From positions 1 to 55,215 of IMG/VR virus record IMGVR_UViG_3300044699_000026: a stretch of DNA of 55,215 nt; one strand, written 5' to 3'. A program made the position numbers and the translations under genes. Of the stretch, positions 21,241-33,048 are shown one piece after another. Within the stretch, counting starts at the first letter, position 1. Each line of letters opens with the position of its first letter. This DNA comes from a virus. Lineage: Duplodnaviria; Caudoviricetes. The notes beneath the pieces were generated by a model, which was not told the DNA's origin, did no database searches, and saw only the letters and a program-made list of their open reading frames with translations.

Positions 21241-22878
21241 ATGGCTCGTCGTCGCTTAGCGGTGGTCCTCGGTGTAGTTGCCGCGGCCATGGTGATGACC
21301 ACCGCGTCTGCTCGTTCATCGATTCCCGGCCCGACAGGCGTGATCAACGGCTGCTACAAGAACGCGCGGCACCAGTCACGCACTTGTGGTGGGTCGACTC
21401 CACCGGGCAGTGCCCCGCCGGCTACACCGTCCTGAACTGGAACCAGACCGGTCCCAAGGGCGACAAGGGTGACCCCGGCACCAACGGAACCAACGGAACC
21501 AACGGAACCAACGGAACCGATGGACTCAACGGAACTGACGGTGCTGACGGGCGTGGAGTCCTCTCCGCGACGGTCGACTCCAACGGTGACCTGATTCTTA
21601 CCTACAGCGACAACACGACCGAGAACGCGGGTCACGTCGTCAGCGGCGGCAGCGGGATCGGGATCGCCTCGGCCACGATCGACGCCAATGGCGACCTCAT
21701 CATCACTTATACCGACAACTCCACCCAGAACGCGGGGCACGTCGTCGGTCCGACCGCCCCAAGGGTGACAAGGGCGATAAGGGCGACCCTGGGCCGTCAG
21801 GTGGCGCCGGCAGCGGTGCTGTCTATCAGATCGACTCCTTCGCAGGCTCAACCGACGACGACAAGCTGACCGCCTGCCTGGCCTTTGAGCAGAGCGAGAT
21901 GGCTGCCGGGCGGTATGGACCCTCCTGCCAGTTCGCCCGCCGTAGCTACTCACTGAGCCTCGCCAATCGGCAGTTCTTCACCGGAGAGAAGCTCATCGGT
22001 CCGGAGGGGTCAGGCCCGAAGGGGCTGGAGGTCAACTCCGGGCACCCGTCGAACTTCGGATCGTCCTCAACATCGGCGCCAACCCGTGGTTCACCGGCAA
22101 CGGGCTCGGCAACCTCTACTACATCTACATGTCGGACCTCGCGATCCAGTGCGGCGGTGCGTCCACGTCGCGGGTGTTCCAGATGTCGTCGGGCGGCACC
22201 GTCTACGCCGCCCAGTTCAACGCCTTCGGCGTGCTCGGCTGCTCCGGAATCTTCGGCAACAGCACCGAGAAGTTCCTCGCCACCCAGGTCGTCCCACCGG
22301 GCACTGGTCGGTGCAGGGCTTCCTTGACACCCCGTTCCACTTCGGCGGCTCCGACAACTCGTTCTGGACCCACGGATACGCCAACGTCGGCAGCGGCCAG
22401 ACCCCGGCCGGCCCCAAGTACGAGCTCATCCTGGACTACAAACAGCAAGACGACCATCGGCGATGTCTACCTGACGGCCGAGAACTCCAGCTGGCGCGGC
22501 CTGGACATCAAAGGCAACATCAACACCACCAACGTCTTCTACGGGCTGCGCGCTGAGGGGTACAACGCCTCCACTCCGTGCGCCGGCAGCGTCGTCAAGA
22601 TCGAGGGTGGCCTCAACACCTTCTACGAGCCGTGGGTGGCGTTCTCGATGAACGCACCATTGGCCGGCGAGAACGGCGTCATCGAGGTCACCGGAGGCGA
22701 CACGCTCATCGACCGCCGGTCTACGACCGCGGCAACACCGCAGCGACGGTGCCCTGGTCGCCGCTGACGGCGGCAAGGTCTACATCCGCGCGGCTGGGTC
22801 CGCCACAGCGATACCGTGCATGTGCGCTCGGGCGGCGGAACGCTCGGCCAGAACGACGGCTCATGGGTTACCCCGTAG
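21241..22878 (+). CDS. signal-peptide-bearing collagen-repeat protein with C-terminal putative beta-helix domain (frameshifted)
   Basis: MARRRLAVVLGVVAAAMVMTTASA signal; IPGPTGVINGCY...C...WNQ; G-X-Y run; duplicated SATVDSNGDLILTYSD module; C-terminal domain paralogous to the next gene. Confidence 0.7.
21477..21518 (+). repeat. in-frame 9-bp tandem repeat (GGAACCAAC)n encoding collagen GTN triplets
   Basis: ggcaccaac ggaaccaac ggaaccaac ggaaccaac ggaacc. Confidence 0.9.
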
Positions 22879-22904
22879 GACTTCAAACAACAGGACGGTG
22901 ACTG

Positions 22905-24269
22905 GTGGCCATCTCTTACACGCGCCGCGATTGGCAGAATGATCCGGCCGGCGCCACGCCCATCGACGAGGCGAACCTCGACCGCATGGAGCAGGGCATC
23001 GTCGATGCCGTCACGGCCATCAATGGGACGAACCCGGCTGTCGTCATCCCCTCGGGCGGTTCCACAGCGGGCATCCCTGACGGCACGCTCATCTACGAGC
23101 TGGTGCCGACCACGGGCGGTCAGTACGTCTTTCCGAAGGGTGATACCGGCCCGGCGGGTCCGGCGGGTACCGGGACGACCTCGGTTCCATTCAGCACCGT
23201 GCTCCTGTCGTCATTCACGGGACGACTGACAAGCTGAAGCTCGACGCCGCCCTGTCCTACGCGGCAGCGCAGACGCATATTCCGCTCGTGTGGATCGACT
23301 ACGACATCACACTGTCCACCCCGACGACGACGTTCTCCGGCATGAAGATCAGCGGGGCGCCGAATCCGGGCTATCAGGTCTACGAGCAGAATCCGAAGCT
23401 CGTCCGGACGCGGGTGACGCTCGCTTGCGGGCAGGACAACAGCTCCGCATTCGTGGGCACCGCCACCACCTACGGCATCTACATCGGCAACCTGACGCTC
23501 ACGTCCAGCAACCAGGCATCCCAGTTCTACCACCACCCGCTCTCGGCGGGGACGTCGTTCGCGACCACTATCGAGAACATGGAGTTCTTCGGGCTGAAGT
23601 ACGGCATCGGAAACCCGACGAATCGCTACGCAGCGACGTTGAACAAGTTCATCGGTGCCTGGCAGATCCAGGTTCCCTACGCTGAGCAGATTTGCATGGG
23701 CGGCTCGGACAACGACTTCTGGGTGGAAGGCTCCTGCAATATCGGCGACTCTTCCAGCGTCGCGGGTGCCGGCAAGTACTTGATCATCCTGAACGGGATG
23801 GACAAGACGACGGTCGGACCGATCTACGTCACCGCCAAGGGAGCTGGCGAGCTCTGCTCGTGCAGGGCTCGGCGTCCTCCACCGCGCACCTGAAGTTCTG
23901 GGGCTGCCGCTTCGAGGGGATGAACCCGGCCACGCCCAGCTTCGGAACGCTGGTCCGTGTCGAAGGCGGCAACGTCGTCTTCCGTGACTGCTGGTTCGCT
24001 TTCGCGATGTCCGACCCGGCTGCCTACAGCGGCACCCCCGACGTCGGGTACATCACGCAGACCGGCGGCACCGTCATTCTCCGTGAGCCGAGCATCGACC
24101 GCGCTACCGGGGTTGCCGAGACCGTGCCGCTGCTGGAGATCCGCGCCGGGGAAGTGGATGTGTCCGGCGCTCAGCGTGGCACCCTCGGCGGCTCCTGGTC
24201 GGGACGTCCCGCGTGAAGGTGACGGGCGGCACCGTCCTCGCATCCGACTACTCAGTCACTTTGATCTAG
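22905..24269 (+). CDS. tail fibre/spike with putative beta-helix domain (frameshifted)
   Basis: N-terminal YTRRDWQNDPAGATPIDEANLDRMEQGI virion-anchor motif; short G-X-Y; KLDAALSYA beta-helix cap. Confidence 0.7.
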
Positions 24270-24282
24270 GAGAGCGGACCAC

Positions 24283-25619
24283 ATGGCGACAGTTACGAAC
24301 ACTGCCGAAACCGGGCTCTCGTCCGGCACTGCCGTCACTACGGCCAACTCCGCGGCTCCGGATGCCTGGACGCTGGTCAGCGCCGGAACGGGTGGCTCGA
24401 TCACCTTCTCCAGCGTGCACGTGTTCGACGGCAGCCTCGCTACCGCATACCTTCCCGCCAACGGCGTTTCCTGCTACACGCAGTGGGACAACATCTCGGG
24501 CGGCAACAACCTGTGCGCGTTCCGTGGCTACCTCTACGTCACCGCCCTGCCGGCGACCGAGGCGAACATCATCTCGTTCCGGTCGTCATCGGCGGCGACT
24601 GCCGTGGTCGGTGTTTCGCTAGTGTCTGACGGCACCTTCCATATCTTGAACAACATCGCGGCCAACGACATCGCGACCACCACGGGCGCGATATCGATCA
24701 ACACGTGGTACCGCATCGAAGCCCAGATCAACAACACGGGCGGCACGTTCAGCTTCCAGGTCTACGCGGGCAACAGCGGATCGGTCCTGACCGGGCTGAA
24801 TGTGGCCGCGACCGGACTGTCGCTCGGTACGAACACCCTCGGCGCCATCCGTGTCGGCCGCACCAGCACGACCGGCAACATTTCCAGCGCCATGTACTGG
24901 GACGATGTCTCGTTCAAGACGGCGTCCAACTCGGCTATCGGCGTCTATGTGCCGCCGTCGCCACCGACCGCTGCGTTCACCTACACCCCGCAGGCCCTGA
25001 CCGTGGCCGTGGACGGCACCACGTCGACCGCTGCGGCGGGGCGACGATCACCGGCTACGCCTGGAACTTCGGGGACGGCAACACCAGCACCGGATCAACC
25101 GCGAGCCACACCTATGGGACTGCCGGCACGTACACGATCAGTCTTACGGTCACCGACTCCAACGGGTTGACTTCCAGCGTCAACCAGTCCTACAGGGCGA
25201 AGGCGACCGCTTCGTCGGCGCTTCTATTCGCTGGTGACGACCTCGGCATGGACGAACGTGGCGGCGCGGATCTGCTCACATCGGTGACCGATACCGATGG
25301 CCCACATACGCCCTGTCCGGCAACTCGCCTACGTCGGCGGTGTTCTCCGGCATGCTCGATCCGCTGTTCACCCCGGCGGCGGGAACGGACGTGACCGTCC
25401 GGCTCACCACGGACCGCACAGGAGCGTCATCCGGATCATGGGTGGCGAAGCTGTACGAGGGTGCGACGCTACGTGCCACTTCCGCATCGGTGAGCGTCGC
25501 GGCCGGACGGGTACCGTCACCAACACCGTCGACGCAACGATCCTCGCCGTCGATGTGGCCACCGTCACCGCGTGGGCGTCTGGGACTTTGAAGCTCCAGC
25601 TGGAAGGCACGGCGCCTAA
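24283..25619 (+). CDS. minor tail protein with lectin/LamG-like and PKD domains (frameshifted)
   Basis: INTWYRIE...YWDDV beta-sandwich; PTAAFT...ITGYAWNFGDG...HTYGTAGTYTISLTVTDSNG PKD signature. Confidence 0.75.
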
Positions 25620-25621
25620 CC

Positions 25622-26250
25622 ATGGCCGCGCAGCTTCGGCTGGCCGGCGTCGAGGTACTGGAGAACGGCGCCACCGGACAGCGACACAAACTGTCACAGC
25701 CGCCACCTCGGCTGCCGGCGCCTTGACGGGCGCACAGCTGCGGTTGGCTCGTGTTCAGGTGCTCATCTCATCCACAAGCGCGCAGCTGCGGCTGGCGCGG
25801 GTGCAGGTGCTGGTCTCCGCGTTCGGTGCGCAACTGCGGCTGTCCGATGTGGACGTGATCGTCCTCGCCGCCCGGTGGCCGCATTGTCGGTCAGCGTGGG
25901 CTTCGACGGGACCTCGCTCGTCGCCGACACGACTGGTTCGTTCGACCCGGCGGGTCGTCCGGTCACCATCGACATCGACTGGGGCGACAGTCATACGATT
26001 CCTACCCCGCACCGGGCGTGTTCACGCACGGCTATGCGGCAGGCGGCACCTACACCGTGGTGCCACGGCGACCAACGACATCGGCTACACCGACACGGCC
26101 ACAGACTTCGGCACCCTTGCTGCCGGGTCACGGCGGCGCATCTTCGCACTCATTCAGCTCGGTCAACCGAAGCCCGTCATCTGGGCGTGGGTCGCTGACG
26201 GGGCCGGTGGGTATCGAGGCAGGTTCGACGGCTACAAGAACGCAGGGTAG
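25622..26250 (+). CDS. minor tail protein with AQLRLARVQVL repeats and a PKD-like domain (frameshifted)
   Basis: Three to four AQLRL repeats; IDWGD...FTHGYAAGGTYTV. Confidence 0.55.
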
Positions 26251-26439
26251 TCGAGGACCGAATGCAACCATCACCAGCTGAGGAGAGCGCGTGACAATCG
26301 AGACCGAAGACCGAGCGGAAGCCGGCACGCTTGTTGCCCAGCTACACCGCCTATGCCGATGGCGTGGTAACGCCAGGCCCCGACCAGACCTGGGATGACG
26401 TTCCTGAGCAGCCCACCGACACAAAGGAAGACGACTGAC

Positions 26440-26826
26440 ATGGCCCTCGGAATCTCCTCCGCGAACCTCGCCACCCCGTGCTGAACGTGCTTCGCAACAC
26501 CTCGGCTTCGGCGATCGCGACGGTGTTCGTGAAGCTGCACACCGGAGACCCGGCTCGCCGGCGCCTCCAACCTGCCGCCGGTTCGACCACCCGGCAGTCG
26601 TTCACGTTCGCCGCACCTTCAAGCAATGCGCTCGCGCTGTCTTCGGCGCCGGCTGCCTGGACGAACGGCGGCACCACGGAGACCCTGTCCCACGTCTCGG
26701 TGTGGGATGCGTCGACGTCGGGCAACTTCCTCTTCTCGGCGGCTCTGGCCAGTTCACAGGCGTGGGGCTCGGTAACCAGTTCACCCTGTCGGCGCTCGGG
26801 TTGACGCTCAGCGCATCGCCGCCTGA
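26440..26826 (+). CDS. small tail protein (same family as 14384-14746; frameshifted)
   Basis: VFVKLHTGDP...ETLSHVSVWDASTSGNFLFS motif. Confidence 0.7.
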
Positions 26827-26852
26827 TCACGGCGTAGGCCCGGAGGGCACGC

Positions 26853-28161
26853 ATGGCGTTCACCGTCCGGAACTCGATCATCGACTCTCGCGGCTCGTGA
26901 CGACTGCCGCGACGACATGGACTCTGCCGACCACCGGAACCGGAACCACCAGCAACGCCTTGGTGGCGGCGATCCGCTGTTCTTCTGGCTGACCACAGGC
27001 GGCTCGGGAACACGTTCAGCAGCGTTACGTCCGGTGGACGAAGGTCATCGACGTGACCTCGAACAACTCGCAGGGCATCATCTGGTCCGTGACGGCGGCT
27101 TCATGCCGGCGACACGACTTTCGGCTGGACGGCCAACCAGAACCAGGACGGTCGCGGCGGGTTCTTCGCACTCAGCGGGTCGCAGACCAGCGGGTTCGTG
27201 TGGGAAGCACAAACAGCCGCGGCAGCTCGTCGACAACGCTGGTGGTACCAGACAGTGGTGCCGCCACAAACATGGACTGCTGGCGATCGCCTTCGAGAAG
27301 ACGACCAACCAGACCACGTGCACGACTCGTCGGCGGCCACGCTGACGTTGCAGCAGCAGGCTTTCCGCTCAGCGGAAGTCCGGTCGTTCACGATGGTGTC
27401 GTTCACGGCCACCTCAAGTGCTGACGACGTCACGTTCTCCTATGGGCTGACGGGCAACCTCAACGCGGGTGGCCTGATGGTCATCCTCAACCCGATCGGT
27501 ACCGCCAGTCAGACGATCACGGTTTCCAGTTCGGCCACGGGCGGTGGATCTGGTTCCGCCGATCAAACGGTCACCGCTTCGAGCAGCGCCTCGGGTTCGG
27601 CTACCGGCACGGCGGCCCAAACGGTCACCGCTACCGGCTCGGCCAGCGGTGGAACCTCGGGCACGGCGGATCAGACCGTAACCGCGGACACCTCGGCCGC
27701 GGGGGAACTCGGCTCGCCGCGGAAACGGTCACGACCAGCACTTCAGCTGACGGTGGAACGGTCGGTACGGCAGACCAGACGGTCACGGCCAGTACGTCGG
27801 CTTTCGGGGTCGTCATTTTCCGGGTTCGCCGGTACCGCCAGTGCCACCGTGACGGCCTCCACGACGGCTGACGGCGGAACTGCTGGCATCGCTGATCTCG
27901 TGGCCACGGTGGATACGTCCGCGGACGGATTCGCGAGCTCGTCCGGTGCCGCCGATCTCGTGGTTCCGGTCGACACGCTGGCCGATGGTTTCGTCGCCTG
28001 TTCGCCACGGCCGGTCTCCTGGTCACCGTTGGCACTTCTGCGGACGGTCGTCTTCGTTCCGACCCCGCCGCGCGATCTGACGTTCACGGAAAGCTTCGGC
28101 GTAGCAGGGTTCGATGACCTCATCGGCGTGGCGGATACACCGACATCATCGGGAGGGTTAA
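26853..28161 (+). CDS. Thr/Ser/Ala-rich minor tail protein with TADQTVTA repeats (frameshifted)
   Basis: Repeated G[ST]A[DA]QTVTA units from ~27500 to 27980. Confidence 0.6.
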
Positions 28162-28458
28162 TGCCCACGCAGAAGATCCAGATCTCGGCCGGCGCCGTTC
28201 TCTACACGTTGCCGTGGACCGCGACCGAAAGCACGGCAAGGACATCTCTGCCGCCACCGTGCAGCTTTCCCTCGGTCATACTCCGAACCGGGTGACTGGC
28301 TGGACCCGGACGTTGAGGACAGACCTCCGTGTCGTCGGTCACGGCCAAGATCCTCATCGACGACTCCTATACACCGGGCACCTACTGGCTGTGGCGAAGC
28401 ATCAGTGACGAGCCTGAAATCGATCCGAAGAAGACGAGCTGCGGTCATCATCAGCTAG
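28161..28458 (+). CDS. small tail-associated protein (frameshifted)
   Basis: TAATG-coupled start; ...TPGTYWLW...SDEPEI. Confidence 0.5.
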
Positions 28459-28587
28459 ACTGCTGAGGCGTTTTCCGCGCCCCAATCCCCAGAGCGATAC
28501 TGGGAAGGCCCCGGCCGGGCTGCCGACGTGATCCCTTCCATCGGCCCCTGGCTGGGCCGTCATCTTTTCCTTCCTGAAAGCCAAGAC

Positions 28588-28634
28588 AGCCCCACCCAGG
28601 GGTAATCGCTTAACCCCCTGGGTGGGGCTCTTTT
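28588..28634 (+). terminator. intrinsic terminator ending the late operon
   Basis: 15-bp stem AGCCCCACCCAGGGG / CCCCTGGGTGGGGCT followed by CTTTT; lies between convergent arms. Confidence 0.85.
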
Positions 28635-28937
28635 CCGTGCCTAGTCGAAGGCGGTGGTTCGACCGGACAGGTGGTGCGGCGCGTGGGCTGGGTGGCACGA
28701 AGGTGTCGAACTCCATGACGCGGTCCAGTTCGGCCGCAGGCACGATGATTCGATCGTTCATTCGACTGTCGCCAAACCGGCGACCTCGACGGCAATTGGC
28801 GGCAATGTTCTCGCCTCTTGCAATCGTGTATATTCACCTCGGCGCGCCGCTTGCTCTGCACCACGTAGATAAAGCCCAGCGCGAGCAGTACCGCCTCTGC
28901 GATCGCGATTACCAACATGCTTCCTCCTCAGCTGACG

Positions 28938-31900
28938 CTAATCGCCTACCGCCGAGGACATCCCCGGCGAGCGCGGCCACGTCTTGTAGACGGTCGTGTG
29001 CGGCGGTCGCCGCTGATGCCATATCGAGGTCGGCGCGGGTGGCATAGTAAGGTGCCCCGACGGCTGCTCATCAATAGCCGCCGAGCCAGACGCCCAGTCG
29101 GGGCGGGCACCAGCGACAGTATCAGCGAGGTCGTCAGTTTCCCTCGTCCAGGTTCCGGTCGAAGTAGATCGGCTCGGAAGCCTTGCGAAAGCTCCCGTAC
29201 TGGTAGCTGTCGTACGTGGCGGCAGCGGTAGGTCAAACTCGCACCACTGTCCGGCGTGCGCTTGCGCGAGCATCCGGTCGGGTCCGTCGCCGTGGAGGAC
29301 CACCTCGCCGGTCGGGCGGACGGTTACGGTCCTAACCTGTGAGCCGTCAGCCAGGACCCGCGCGATAGTCAGGTCGTCGTCAGGTAGCTGATGCAGCAGG
29401 AATGCGAGCGGTGCTTGGCGCGCGCTGTGCTTGCGGGATACGAAACGTAGGCCGCGTTCGCTGCCCCCACTTGAACGTGCAGCCGTCATGTGTCGTCTCC
29501 GTCCCCGATAACACACGGAGTTCTCCTACGAGGCATTTACAGTCGGCCTCGTGCCGGCGCAGCCCGCGCAGAATCCTTCGCCAGCACAGCCCTTAGCGCA
29601 GCACCAGTCTTCGTGTGGTAGGTGCCGGATGGCATCGAGTGCCTTCTGCTGTTCCTCGTATCGGTCCAGCAGCCACAGCCCGTCTGTGTATCGCATGTTC
29701 TCGAAGTCCTCGCGGAATGCGTCTATGTCTGGGTTCGAGGACGCTCATACGGTTCCCTGCCTTTCGGATGTGATTCCGGCGGCATCGGCGACAGCCAGTA
29801 GCTCGCTGGTGTCGGCACAGTAGGGCAGTGGCAGCCGTCTATGAGATCTTTGCCGCGCCATGCCGCCGCGAGTTTGTAGCGTTGGCTGCGCCTTCGACGT
29901 GCTCAGCCAGGGCGAACAGCATTGACGCTCTCCGCCGAGCGGTGTTACCTCGGCTAGCCGCCGGTAGTAGTCGGCGAGGTCGTGGAGTGTGGCGGCCGGG
30001 TCGGTGCTCACGGTGACCACCCGCGGCGGCTGCTCGGCGAAGTCCAGTGCGTCGCCGAACCCTTCCGCGTAGCCCGTGTAGTCCGGCGCGCCGCATTTTG
30101 CTGCCAGCGGTGGGATGGTGTCGGCTATCTGGTTGGCGACGTAGGCAGCGCCCACGAGCAGCGGCACCATCGGGCCACGGCGTGGAAGGAGCACACCGGA
30201 TAGTCGCCTTCCGGGTCAGCCTTCAGCGCCACGGCCTGGTTATCGCACGGCTTGTAGCTCGCCTTTGCGTGAGACTTCCTCGTGGCATTCGGCGGCGAGG
30301 TAAGTCATGTGTTGTCTCCGTCCCCGATAGCAGCGAGCCGCGACATGGGGGCGAGCGCATCCTCAATCCACGCCATGACTTCACGGTGCGGCATGTCGTA
30401 ACCGGCCTTTTGGATAGCGCGAACGCGATCAACACGTCCGTTAGGCTTGCACCTTGGCACGCTCAGCGCGCAGTTCACGCGGAATGCCTCATAGTGGCTG
30501 CTCAGGTTGTGGTTCTCGGCGGCGAGCGCGTCCGCTCCGCCTTGGCGATGGTCTCTAGCTCGCGTGACGAAGCCGCGTTTGTGCTAGCTCGGCGGTCAAC
30601 CGGGCAACTCAGCGAATAGGCGCTCAGTTTCCTTCCCGCACCGGTGCATGTGACAGCCAAGTCGCGAGGTCGCCTGGGTAATCCGTCCACTGGTCATAGT
30701 TGGTCTCCGTCCAGTCCCGAAGTCGGCAAGATGACCCACAAGGCGTCTCCGCGCCGATCCTCCCGACGACTTCTTTCCAGGTGAACACGCGGTCGAGGCC
30801 AGCGGGTACCAGCCGCCTCCGAGTGCTCTGCGGTATGTGCCGCCACGCTCTCACAGACACGGTCGAGCACCACATCGGTTCGGCGTCGAGTGCTGCGAGC
30901 GCCATCGGTCCGTGGATCATTGTTGTCTCTGTCCAGTGTCACGGGTGCTCCTTGGCGTTATGGATGGTGGCGCCGTTTGTGCCTGCTCTTGGAGGTCGTC
31001 CACCTGCCTACTCGCCGTCGATCGTGGTCCCTACACACCCAACGGAACTCATGCAACGCGGTGGCGCCGGCGGCTGCGAGGGGCGAACAACGACGGCGGT
31101 CATGTTTCGTCCCCGTCCCCGATAGCAGCGAGCACATCCTCGACGTATAGGCAGGCGTTCCCATGCCGTCGAGCCATACGGGGAGGTTCGGCGGACGTTG
31201 CACCTTGGCACGCTCAGACTCGTATCTCTGGCTAACGTCGTCGTATTCGCCTTCCCAGTACGCCGTTCAGCTTGTAGTGCTCGTTCGGCGCGTAGTTGTC
31301 GTTTTCGGCGGTCAACCGGGCAACCTCGGCGTTGCGTTCGTCAACGATGCGGCGCCCGTGATGATCGCGCCCTCGGTCAGCGTCAGGTCAGCGTCGCGAG
31401 CGAGCAGGTCAGGGCGGTTGTTGATGATCTCAATGAGCGCCTGAAATCGCGGACTGCCGCATCGCGCTGGGCGGTCAACCGGCAACCTCGGCTGCAGGCA
31501 TCCTGCTGTACGTAGTTGATGCCGCGCCAGTTGAGTACCGTCACGCGACGCAGCGAAGCATCCGGACCGATAACGACGGTTTCCGGTGCGCGTCCTGCTC
31601 TTTCGTCTCGGTCATTGTTCGTCTCCGTCCCGTGTGAGGCTGGTGAGGTCGCGTGTGTTGCCGGCCCACCGCCATAGGAGGGCGCGAGGGTGAGGGCTGC
31701 GGCGGCGGCGGTGAGGGTGGCGGCAAGGGTAGCCAACGTAGAGGCGGTCGGTCATAGTCGGTGCTCCGGTATCCGTCGACCCATTCGGCCATCGCGGTCT
31801 AGCAGGATGCGCGCGTATCCGTAGGCTGCCGGGTCGGCCGTCGAGAGCAGTGAGCGCACGGCGGCGCGACGAATTCGACCGGATGGTTCGCGACCCACCA

Positions 31901-32598
31901 TTTGGTCGAGGTCGAGGCACGGTCAATACCGCCTGCGTTGTCGAACATGGCGCGGGCTAGTTTCTCGATGCGTTCGTCGTCGGTCATTGGCAGACCTGGC
32001 CCGGCACATCGAACGGCACGGGCATCCGCTGGTAGCCGTAGGTTTCGGGGTCGGTGTCGATAGCAGCGAGGTCCGCGCAGCCAGTTTCTGCGCGGCCTCT
32101 TGGTGTACCGATTCCAAGATGCCTGCATACTCACGGTTCCAGCCCTCTTGAATGCGGATAACGCCCGCCAGGCGCCGGTTCGTTTCACGATGCGTTCGTC
32201 GTCGGTCATGTTCGCACGCCTTTTTCTCGTGCGCTGGATCGGTAAGACGGCGGTATCGCCTCTGCCGCGCAACGGTTGGATCAGATGCGATTGACGTACT
32301 CGTCGACCGCACGTCGTACAGGTGAAGACTTCACCGAACGACCAGGGGACGTAACGCCCCTCGGTGCTAAGCACTGGCGGTCATGTCGGGCGCCAGGTTG
32401 TGATTCGGCTACGGAGACGATCCGCTGGCATCTGCTGGAATGGTTTGGGTCTTGTGGTAGCCGTAGGTTTCCGGTCGCGTCGATAGCAGCGAGAGCGAAC
32501 TCTGCGTAAGAGTGGTCTACGTTGTCGGTCCCTCGGCCGTCGTCCCATGCTTGAGCCATGGCGCGGGCTAGTTTCTCGGTGCGTTCGTCGTCAGCCAC
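28938..32598 (-). repeat. tandem array of small paralogous ORFs with conserved junction repeats
   Basis: Junction repeat at 29485-29510, 30304-30338, 31099-31133, 31611-31632; MTDDER starts at 31987, 32209, 32598; DPETYGY-encoding repeat at 32031-32070 and 32456-32493. Confidence 0.8.
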
Positions 32599-32748
32599 CG
32601 TCTTCAGCCTCTCTCTCCAGCATTTTTCAGGTAGATCGGGTGGGTTCGGCTTCCCTGGTCCTCAGCAGGCCCTGATAGCACGCCAGGGCATCTTGGCGTT
32701 CTCCGAGCCCTTTGCGCCAACCGCTGTACGGGAGCACCCACGTGCAGC

Positions 32749-33048
32749 TCAGGGTCGCCAGGCCGGCACAGCGTAGCTTCCGTTCTGGAAGATCACCATC
32801 CGTTCGCACTGGGGGCAGGACACCCCCGTGTCCTCGGCGCGCCCGGTGAACGTCACCCTCGTGCGCCTCTGCGGTCGGTTGGCCAGCCAGTGCTTGATCT
32901 GGCGCCGCGAGTACATTCCGACCCGGACCGGCCGGGGGCGTAGGGACCACGACCTCCCGCGTCGGAGCTGTAGCGGCGAAGCGTTGCGGCGTGATGCCCG
33001 CGATCTTGCGGCCTCTGCGGTGGAAATCTCGTCGGTCTTCGTGTTCAT
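32749..33048 (-). CDS. HTH (AlpA/excisionase-like) DNA-binding protein with CxxC (frameshifted)
   Basis: ISTAEAA.IAGITPQRF...MYSRRQIKHWLANRP; CPQC. Confidence 0.55.
   Translation of the reverse strand: MNTKTDEISTAEAARSRASRRNASPLQLRRGRSWSLRPRPVRVGMYSRRQIKHWLANRPQRRTRVTFTGRAEDTGVSCPQCERMVIFQNGSYAVPAWRP

Noticed and set aside
28938-32598. Repeats as a CRISPR array, DGR or integron/shufflon
   Set aside because: Spacing is hundreds of bp and irregular, the repeats are coding, and I saw no reverse transcriptase or site-specific recombinase
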